Notes under the pieces: model-generated
The model's input: only the letters and a program-made list of their open reading frames with translations
Database searches by the model: none
What the model was told of the DNA's origin: nothing
Translations under genes and position numbers: made by a program
Part shown: positions 7,738-16,500 of the stretch, in pieces
Layout of the letters: every line of letters begins with the position of its first letter
Position numbering within the stretch: the stretch's first letter is position 1
Virus record (IMG/VR): IMGVR_UViG_3300041583_000459
Strand: one strand, 5' to 3'
Source: an uncultured virus (IMG/VR IMGVR_UViG_3300041583_000459)
Taxonomy: Duplodnaviria > Heunggongvirae > Uroviricota > Caudoviricetes
Length of the DNA: 20,000 nt

Positions 7738-9582
7738 ATGACAAACAAACCAATAACCGAGCTTGATTTCTTTGCTGCAAAAGATCAATTAAAAGATTTC
7801 TTGCGCAACCAAAATCAATTCAAAGACTATGACTTTGAAGGTTCTAACTTTAACGTATTACTTGATGTGCTTTCATATAACACATATAAGAACAACTTTT
7901 ACACGAACATGGCATTTAAAGAAATGTTCCTTGATTCTGCGCAAATGAGAAATTCTATAATATCTCATGCAAAGGAGCTTAATTACTTGCCAAGGTCGGC
8001 AACTTCTTCAAGAGCATCTGTCAGGTTAAGATTTGACAGTACAAATCCAGCCGCAACTATTTTAATTCCAAGAGGGACACAGTTCTCAACAGTTTTTCAA
8101 AATTCCAATTTTTCTTTTGTAACAAGCCAAACGTATATTGCAAGAAGAACTACTGCGAATTTGAGTGGGAGCAATAAGTTTATCGCAACCGATTTTAATG
8201 AACGTGGGGAAGAAATTGGTTTGACTATATTTGAAGGTTTTTTGATTCCAGACATTCAAAGAGAAGCATTTATATTAGAAGAAGAAAGTGGACTTCGCTG
8301 TGTAATATCTAACGAAAATGTAGATATAGAAAGTATTAGGGTATTCTTTGGCGACCTAAGCAGTGATGTCACAGATGAAACCAATACTGATTTCGAGGAG
8401 TTTGTTTACAAAAGAGATATATTTGGTGTTAAATCAGATGACAGTGTTTTTTATATTGAACCACATTTCGATAATCTATATTCAGTTGTTTTTGGCAAAA
8501 ATGTTTTTGGTAAGCAGCCATTAATAAATGATGAGATAGGCATCAGTTATCGTGTATGTAATGAAGACGCACCAAACGGTTCAAACAAATTCACAACTGC
8601 CTTTCTACCAAATATAATAGTAGAGACACTAAAACCAGCTGAAGGTGGTGCAAAACGTGAAAGCGTAAGTAGCATAAAATTCTTTGCGCCAAAGTCTATA
8701 CAGATACAAGAAAGAGCAGTAACTGAAACAGACTATGAAATATTGCTAAAGCAGAGATTCCCCCAAATAAAATCGGTATCAGTTTATGGCGGCGATGAGT
8801 TAGATCCGCCAAGATATGGTAAAGTTGCTATATCGGTAAATCAGCAAGGTAACGTACTCATATCAGATTCTACCAAAAGCGAATTTGAAAGATACCTTAG
8901 CGACAAAACACCACTTGCAATTCAACCAATATTCATAAACCCAGAATTCATATATGTAGATATGGATGTTGATGTATTTTATAGTAGAAACCTAACGACA
9001 AAATCTTTGCCAGAGCTTGAACAAAACATACGAAATGAAATTAAAGATTACAATAATGACATTTTAGAAGATTTTGGCACAGTATTGAGAAACTCCCGAC
9101 TTTCTGCAATAATAGATGATTCAGATGTCGGCATTCTAAGTAATAGTATAACTACTAAACCATTCATAGAATATTCACCACCCCTAAGAGTTGAACAAAA
9201 TCCAGCATTCAATTTCAGTGCAGAATTGATAAAGCCTTACCCGTTCCGAAAAGTATCTGGTGTGCGCGATTACAAACCTGCGGTAAGAAGTTCTATTTTT
9301 AACTATAGGAGTGTATGTTCTTTCTTACAAGACGATGGTATGGGCAACATACAAATTTTGAGTGATGATATAAATAATATAGAAGTCCTTGTTCCTTCTG
9401 TTGGTACAGTTGATTATATAAATGGCGTTGTAAGATTATCAAGCTTTGTTGTTGATGCCTTTCCAGGGTCCGCAATAAAAATATTTGCTAATACAGTCAA
9501 TGTAGATATATTATCACCAAAAAGTAGAATATTGGCAGTTCGTGACGAAAATGTAAAAATTAAATTTATAGAGACAATATAA
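7738..9582 (+). CDS. gp6: Baseplate wedge protein gp6
   Basis: ELDF...FKDYDFEGSNFNVLLDVLSYNT...EMFLDSAQMRNSIISHAKELNYLPRS, GGAKRES..SIKFFAP...QERAVTETDY, PPRYGKVAIS and GTVDYINGVV. Confidence 0.95.
   Translation: MTNKPITELDFFAAKDQLKDFLRNQNQFKDYDFEGSNFNVLLDVLSYNTYKNNFYTNMAFKEMFLDSAQMRNSIISHAKELNYLPRSATSSRASVRLRFDSTNPAATILIPRGTQFSTVFQNSNFSFVTSQTYIARRTTANLSGSNKFIATDFNERGEEIGLTIFEGFLIPDIQREAFILEEESGLRCVISNENVDIESIRVFFGDLSSDVTDETNTDFEEFVYKRDIFGVKSDDSVFYIEPHFDNLYSVVFGKNVFGKQPLINDEIGISYRVCNEDAPNGSNKFTTAFLPNIIVETLKPAEGGAKRESVSSIKFFAPKSIQIQERAVTETDYEILLKQRFPQIKSVSVYGGDELDPPRYGKVAISVNQQGNVLISDSTKSEFERYLSDKTPLAIQPIFINPEFIYVDMDVDVFYSRNLTTKSLPELEQNIRNEIKDYNNDILEDFGTVLRNSRLSAIIDDSDVGILSNSITTKPFIEYSPPLRVEQNPAFNFSAELIKPYPFRKVSGVRDYKPAVRSSIFNYRSVCSFLQDDGMGNIQILSDDINNIEVLVPSVGTVDYINGVVRLSSFVVDAFPGSAIKIFANTVNVDILSPKSRILAVRDENVKIKFIETI
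9369..9376 (+). promoter_or_regulatory. Possible internal late promoter upstream of gp7
   Basis: Exact TATAAATA about 205 nt before the gp7 start. It is intragenic in AT-rich DNA, so it may be a chance match. Confidence 0.3.
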
Positions 9583-11879
9583 TGCAAGTAGAAAAGTTCA
9601 TAACATATCAGATAGAAAGTCAGTTCCCAGCCATATATAGGGAGTCTGGGCCTGAACTGGTTTCTTTTGTAAAAAAATATTATGAATTTCTTGAAACGCA
9701 ACCAAGTCAATCTATCTACGAGGGTAGACGACTTTTCGAGTATCGTGATATAGATAGAACACTTGAAACTCTTTTAATTTTTTATCAAAAAAAGTATCTG
9801 TCTGGATTACCTTTTAACGAAAAAAATATACGATTCATTGTCAAGCACATTTTAGATTTATATAGAAGAAAAGGTTCTGAAGAAGGTCTTAAACTGTTCT
9901 TCAAACTTTTTTACGAGCAGGAAGTGAAAGTTTTCTATCCTTCAGAATCTATGCTCAAACCTTCGGAATCTAATTGGAATGTTGTCACCTATGTTCTGAT
10001 GTTCCCAGATAGCCCTGACAAATATGCTAATTTAATCGGTAAAAGAATATTCGGTTCTGTTTCAAAAGCAGAAGCAACAGTAAACAAAATATTATTTCTG
10101 ATGTTGAATGGCAACGTAGTTCCAGTTGTATTTTTAAATAACGTAAAAGGTAGTTTTGTTGGATTCGAACAACTAATAGCATCGTTTGATGACGGCTCTG
10201 TTAGAGTTTATGGCAGAATTTATGGTTCTTTGATTTCAGTATTAATAGATCAAAATTTTGAAGATGCTACTACTGGAAATCAAGTGGGCGATCTTTTAGA
10301 AATAGATTCTGACGATGGGGTTGGCGCAAAACTTATAGTTACCGATATTAATAGAAGCTTCACTGGCCAAATAACATATAAGGTTATAGATGGTGGTTGG
10401 GGATATACTACAGAAAACACTCTTCTTTTAGTATCAAATCAGATAATAAATATTTCCGACAGTATTTCTAATCATGTATTCAGTGAAAGGGAATTATTAT
10501 CAGATCAATTTGGAAATAGAGGTGAATTTATAGGCCGATACGAAAAAGTGGTCGGCGTAAAAATGTTTGATGATGAAGCGTTTATTGATGGAATAAGCAT
10601 AATTACAAATGAAAATTCGGTAGTCATTGATTATGATTTTATCGTTTCTAAAAATGCGTCATCCCCAGGAAATCTATACCCCGAAGCAGGTATCGGTGAA
10701 ACGCAATTTGCGGTAAAATTAGAGCAAATTACCAACATAGAAAATATATCGTTAATAACTGACATAATAGGAAACTTTTTAGACGTGCCATTAGATTCTG
10801 TGAATTTTAATGCCATTCCGCCCGCATTGCTTCCTATGTCAGGTGTAGCAGAACCAGTTGATATAAACACACCCCTAAACCAAGCATTTGACTTGGAACC
10901 ATTTGACATAGGTTCAATAGTAAACTTTGTCAACATAAACCCAGGTGGCGAATATATAAATGATGTGTTCACTAAAGCATTAGATCCTACTATAAGGGCT
11001 TTCAATAGGTTCGATCAAATCATAACAGTGTCGCCATTTTCCGCGACATTTAGCATAGGTTCAGAAATATCACAAGGTTCAGTTAGTGGCAAAATACGAA
11101 AAGTCATTAGCGGTTCGGCAGGTAGTGGTTCTTTAGTTGTCACCCCATACTCATATTACGGATTTAACAGAAGCAATCCAATCACCTATAATGGCATAAA
11201 TTTTAATGTCGTTTCTATATCTACTGATTTTACAACAAAAAACTTTGGCTATAATGCAGATATAAACTCTACTACCACATTTGCTATCGGAAAAGTTAAA
11301 GAGGTGGAAGTAGTCGATTCAGGATTTGGATATGTAAATATTTCAGAAAAAGTTTTAGTTAAAATACATCAAGTGTTGAGTGTACAGGGTTTTCTTTCTA
11401 CCATATTCAATGTGGGTGATGAAATATCCCAGAATGGAATTTCAGGAAAAGTAATTAACGTGTCCATTCCGAACGAGACTATAACAGTAGAAACTCTCGA
11501 CCTGAAACGATTAGATATAAGAAAAAAATTATCACATAAAGGTCTGTTCTACGTAATTGATGACATAGAAATTCTAAAAATTCCAGTAACAAAAGGAATT
11601 TTAGGAGTTCGTGGGCAGGGCATAACTCAAGGGGCTTGGACTTCACTAGGCTCACACCTAAACTTTGAAGATGGGAAGGTTATACAAGATAGCTTCTTCT
11701 ATCAAGATTTTTCTTACGAAATATTATCCACATTAAATTTCAATGATTATGTGACGCCACTCAAAGATGTCGCCCATGTAGCAGGGATAAAAGTGTTCGG
11801 CAAGTTCAATTTCGAAAGATCGCTAAATTTGGCTTCTACTGCACAGATTAGTATAACAAATCCACTACCACCAGAATAG
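9582..11879 (+). CDS. gp7: Baseplate wedge initiator, gp7-like
   Basis: The N-terminus has FVKKYYEFLE...RDIDRT...LYRRKGSEEGLKLFFKLFY...FYPSESMLKPS and the C-terminus has IQDSFFYQDFSYEI...HVAGIKVFG. It lies between gp6 and gp8. Confidence 0.8.
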   Translation: MQVEKFITYQIESQFPAIYRESGPELVSFVKKYYEFLETQPSQSIYEGRRLFEYRDIDRTLETLLIFYQKKYLSGLPFNEKNIRFIVKHILDLYRRKGSEEGLKLFFKLFYEQEVKVFYPSESMLKPSESNWNVVTYVLMFPDSPDKYANLIGKRIFGSVSKAEATVNKILFLMLNGNVVPVVFLNNVKGSFVGFEQLIASFDDGSVRVYGRIYGSLISVLIDQNFEDATTGNQVGDLLEIDSDDGVGAKLIVTDINRSFTGQITYKVIDGGWGYTTENTLLLVSNQIINISDSISNHVFSERELLSDQFGNRGEFIGRYEKVVGVKMFDDEAFIDGISIITNENSVVIDYDFIVSKNASSPGNLYPEAGIGETQFAVKLEQITNIENISLITDIIGNFLDVPLDSVNFNAIPPALLPMSGVAEPVDINTPLNQAFDLEPFDIGSIVNFVNINPGGEYINDVFTKALDPTIRAFNRFDQIITVSPFSATFSIGSEISQGSVSGKIRKVISGSAGSGSLVVTPYSYYGFNRSNPITYNGINFNVVSISTDFTTKNFGYNADINSTTTFAIGKVKEVEVVDSGFGYVNISEKVLVKIHQVLSVQGFLSTIFNVGDEISQNGISGKVINVSIPNETITVETLDLKRLDIRKKLSHKGLFYVIDDIEILKIPVTKGILGVRGQGITQGAWTSLGSHLNFEDGKVIQDSFFYQDFSYEILSTLNFNDYVTPLKDVAHVAGIKVFGKFNFERSLNLASTAQISITNPLPPE

Positions 11880-11882
11880 TTT

Positions 11883-11890
11883 TATAAATA
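11883..11890 (+). promoter_or_regulatory. T4-type late promoter for gp8 and downstream genes
   Basis: Exact TATAAATA in the short intergenic gap, 3 nt after the gp7 stop and upstream of a GAGG SD and the gp8 start. Confidence 0.85.
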
Positions 11891-11914
11891 CATGAAACAA
11901 TTGATCCGAGGGAT

Positions 11915-13534
11915 ATGATGTCAATAATCACTAACAAGTATAGAACAAAAAATGCCAAAAATTTTATTGCAGATTTTTCCGACAATAATTTTTTTGTCTT
12001 TGCATCTGCAATAAACAACATTGGAACACTTACCATAAATTCGGACTTCTCTAAAAATGAGTTTCTTGAAAAAACAATTTTTGGGAAAAAGGTTTCTTCC
12101 GATGAGGTATTTCATGTGATACCAATTTATCGTTGGCAGTCTAATGAAGTTTATACACAATATGATGATAAAATTGATTTGACTGGTAAGCAGTTTTATG
12201 TAGTTATATATCCGCAAGATCAAGAGACAGGTGATTATAGAGTATTCAAATGTCTATCCAATAATTATGGCGCACAATCAATGAATGCGCCAAACTATAA
12301 CGCAAACGTACCAAACCAAATATATCGCACACCCGATGATAATTATGTTTGGAAATTTATGTGCAGTATCTCTAATAATGACTTTGAAAAATATAATGCA
12401 CTCGGGTTTATGCCAATAGTTGATTATTTTATTGATACACAAGGCAATAAAAGTATAGATCAGATACTCATAGAAAATAAATTGACTAATATTGGATATG
12501 AAACAGTATCAGGTGTAATTATAGAGTCGCAGCCCACACTTTTTAAATATCTGATTACTAGCAATGAACTTAATGAGATCGAAACTTATTATAAAGGCCA
12601 GAGTATTTACATTACAAACCCATCAAACAGTTTAGGGAGATTGTATGAGATATCATCTTACAACTTTGACGTCAATAGTAAAATAGGTACAATAACAATA
12701 AAAGATGATGATGAAGATGAAACTTTTATCCAAGAAGGCTTTATATTTAGTATAACACCAAGAATACAAATATCTGGTGATGGTACTGGTGCAAAAGCAT
12801 ATCCTGTAATAGAAAACAATCAAATCATAAATATAGAGATATACAATTCTGGCGAAAACTATAGTAATTCTTCAGCCATTATAATTGACCCTTTGTTTGG
12901 GTTTAATCCAGATGAAAATATTTCTATAGATCAAAGAGCAGTATTAAGACCTATAATATCACCAGAATATGGACATGGCACTGATGTTGTTTCCGAACTT
13001 CTTTCAAAACATGTGCTGATATATTCTGGGATCAGCTTTACAGACAATACGGTATTCCCTATCACTAATAAGTTTTCTAAAATGGGGTTAGTAAAAAACC
13101 CTGAATTTAATTCTACAGTACCAATAAGATTTGACAATAGGATAAAGATTGAACTTGAAGTCAATCCTCTTTCTGTAGATGAAGTCGTCACGCAGATAAA
13201 TAATGATATAACAAATACAGATTACGATTTAGGCGAAACCTTTTTCCGCGCCACTGTACATGAAACAAACAATGAAGAGGTTTATTTGACTAATTATATG
13301 GGGCCTTTTGTTAATATCACAGGTACAAGTACATCTCTAATTCCGAGTGAATTTGTAAGAACACCACAAGGTCAATTACTTACAATATCTTTAGATGCAA
13401 ACACACAAGAAAAATTAGTCAGCCAATCGCCATATATACAAAGAACAGGTGAAGTTCTTTATATGAGTGAATTTAGTCCAATCGAAAGAACAAGCGAATC
13501 CAATGAACAGTTTAAACTGATTTTAGAGTTTTAA
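11915..13534 (+). CDS. gp8: Baseplate wedge protein gp8, extended form (true start possibly 11918)
   Basis: RWQSNEVYTQYDD, FYVV...YRVFKCLSNN, DNYVWKFM, ISGDGTGAKA, IISPEYGHG and the C-terminal GEVLY...PIERT...EQFKLILEF. Confidence 0.85.
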   Translation: MMSIITNKYRTKNAKNFIADFSDNNFFVFASAINNIGTLTINSDFSKNEFLEKTIFGKKVSSDEVFHVIPIYRWQSNEVYTQYDDKIDLTGKQFYVVIYPQDQETGDYRVFKCLSNNYGAQSMNAPNYNANVPNQIYRTPDDNYVWKFMCSISNNDFEKYNALGFMPIVDYFIDTQGNKSIDQILIENKLTNIGYETVSGVIIESQPTLFKYLITSNELNEIETYYKGQSIYITNPSNSLGRLYEISSYNFDVNSKIGTITIKDDDEDETFIQEGFIFSITPRIQISGDGTGAKAYPVIENNQIINIEIYNSGENYSNSSAIIIDPLFGFNPDENISIDQRAVLRPIISPEYGHGTDVVSELLSKHVLIYSGISFTDNTVFPITNKFSKMGLVKNPEFNSTVPIRFDNRIKIELEVNPLSVDEVVTQINNDITNTDYDLGETFFRATVHETNNEEVYLTNYMGPFVNITGTSTSLIPSEFVRTPQGQLLTISLDANTQEKLVSQSPYIQRTGEVLYMSEFSPIERTSESNEQFKLILEF

Positions 13535-13544
13535 GGAACAAAAT

Positions 13545-16500
13545 ATGCCAATTAATACTAATTTGAATAGAGGCCCTTGGAATGATGACTTCAACATCGA
13601 TAAGCAATATCATCGTATCTTGTTCAAGCCACGATATGCAGTACAAGCGCGTGAGCTTACCCAATTACAAACCATCTTGCAAAACCAAATCGAACAATTC
13701 GGAGACAACATATTCCAAGAAGGTTCTATTGTCAAAGGTTGTAACTTTACTGAATTGAACGATTTGCAGTATGTCAAACTTATAGATAAAACTGGGTTTG
13801 ATGTTCTAAACTATATACCAAGAACAGAAGGCGACGATAACGAAATAGACGTGTTTTTTGAAATTGAAGGCGTAAGCACAGGTCTTAAAGCAGCTATTGT
13901 TTTCTCATCGAGAGGGTTTCAAACAAGGCCACCGGATCTCAATACGTTTTACATAAATTATCTAAACTCTAACTTGGTAAATAACGAACAGAAACAAGTT
14001 TTTGATTCTGGCGAAGACCTTAAAATAAAGAAAATATCTGTTTTCAACATTGAAGACCAAGGCCAAATAATTGAGCAGGTTCTTATCGAAGAAGTAGACA
14101 GTATATTCGTAACCACACAAGCAAATCATGTAGGTAAGTCTTTTGGCTTGGTTTCTTCGGAGGGTGTAGTATTCCAAAAAGGACATTTTCTTTTTGCGAG
14201 CGAGCAATTAGTAATTGTTTCAAAATATACAAGCCAACCGGATAGAGTTTCTGTGGGATATGTTATTGATGAAAGCATAGTTACCGCCCTTCAAGATCCT
14301 TCATTGTTCGATAATGCCGCTGGTTCCCCAAACGAAAATGCACCTGGGGCGGATAGACTAAAACTTTCACCTAGATTGGTTTCTGTTGAAACTGATGTTG
14401 CCGATGAAGATACAGAATTTTTTGCATTAATTAGATACGAAAATGGTGCTGCTGTACAAATTCGAGACGTTTCGCAATACAATGTCATTGGCGAAGAAAT
14501 GGCAAGAAGAACTTATGAAGAATCCGGAAACTACATAACAAAAGAATTTAATGTCAGGACAATCGAAAGAAATGGCAATCTTAAAGTTTCCATAGGCCCA
14601 GGTGTAGCGTATATTCGTGGTTATAGAGTAGAAAACAAAGCCGAAATAATACTTGATATAGACCAGATAACTTCTTTCGAATTGCAAAAAAATCAACCCG
14701 TTAGTATGAAGTATGGCGGCTATCTAAAAATAACCGATGCTGGCGGAACACTTCCTATTGGGGCATATTCAAGAGTAAATCTACTTAATGTTTCAAGTGT
14801 AGTCATAGGTACTGCAATTTTGACAAATATATCTCCTGATAGAATGTACCTCTTTGATTATAGACTTAACAACTCTTTTTCTTTTTCAGATATTGTAAAA
14901 GTATCAGTTGGGAATGGCGAAGTAGAAGTTGCATCAATCATAAGAGACACTTTATCCACATCCCTAATATTTGATACAGGCATGTTCAGCATCAAAGACA
15001 CGGATAATATTTCTTTACCTGTGAGAACGAGCAAAGCATTTTCTGGTGTTACTAATTCTATAATCATTAACGCAGTTGCCAATGAAAATTTTGATGTCCA
15101 AAATCAAGACATTTTAGTAGTTGATTCTACAAATGATGCAATAAACATAACTTCTATAGAGGTATCTCCCAACAAAAAAGTTCTAACTATAAACATCGCT
15201 AGTGGAAATTCTGGATCTGGTACGGTATACTACAATAAAAGATTTGAAATTGCAGAACCACACTTGAAGCAATCTGTAGAGTTTTATGTCAAACTTAATT
15301 ATTCTGACCCATCACTTAGCGGCACAGTAGATTTTAATTCCGACGTGAGATATAATCTTGGGTTCCCAGATGTTTATGAATTACTAGAAATATTGGACTC
15401 ATCAGGTCTTAATGTCACAAATAGCTTTAGATTAGTTTCAAACCAAAAAGAAAATTATTATGACCATTCTTATATTGAGCTTCTTTCTGGAAGGCCAGTA
15501 CCTGCGGTAGGCGAAATTACAGTAAAAATAAAAGCCTTCAGAGTAAATCGTGATACAGGCAAATACTTTTTCACTGTAAAAAGTTATGATGATGTGTCAC
15601 CAGATAAAATTCCAGTATACGCATCTACTTCTGGAAAGTCATATAATCTTCGTGATTGTTTAGATTTCAGGCCACACGTGAATGTGTTAGGTAGTTATGA
15701 AGGAACTACTCCCCAAACCGCTTCTGTCATATCACAAACTGGCACTAATCTTGTCCCTGAATTTACGGGAACGTTTGTGATACCAGCATTTAACACGACA
15801 GCGACAATCGATTATGAATACTATCTAAACCGCACAGATATTGTTGCTATTGATTCTTATGGAAAATTCTCTCTTGTAAAGGGCAAAGAAACAACAAATT
15901 CAAAATCCAATGATGTTGATGACAGATTATCTATAGCTGAAATATTCATTCCGAGCTTTCCAGCACTGACTCCAGAATCGGCATCAAGAACTAATAGACG
16001 ACAGTATGCCGCGAAAATAAAAACCCGTGGTGTGAAAAACTACACAATGAAAGATATTGATAAACTAAGCAAAAGTATAGAAAAGTTGTCTTACTATGCT
16101 ACTGTTTCCGCTCTTGAGTTGTCAACACAAAACCTAAGCATTCTTGATGGAAATGGTCTTTCAAGATTCAAAAATGGTATCATTGTAGACCCATTTAGTG
16201 ATCTTTCAATAGCAGATGTTCAAAACACTGAATATGATGCGGCAATAGATTTTACTGAAAAAACAATGATGCCTTCTATAAGAACATTCCCGATGAACTT
16301 GAAAGTGGAAAGCACAACAAATGCTACTTTATTCCCAGACACGAATAATCCAGAAGTTGCTACAATTTCGAGACAAAGCGATGTGTCGGTAATATCACAA
16401 AGGTATGCGACAAACTTTAGAAATTGCGTAAGCAACTTTTATTCCTATAAAGGTACAGGTTTCATATTCCCAGAATATGATGGGGCATATGATGTTGTCA

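Noticed and set aside
11892..11918. 8-codon mini-ORF (MKQLIRGI) overlapping the gp8 start
   Set aside because: Its ATG lies 1 nt after the TATAAATA box, upstream of the expected late start site, and it has no SD.
835..13534. Bacterial T6SS, eCIS or tailocin locus
   Set aside because: The head-related genes gp2 and gp4, T4 late promoters and T4-type gp6/gp7/gp8 indicate a genuine lytic T4-like phage.
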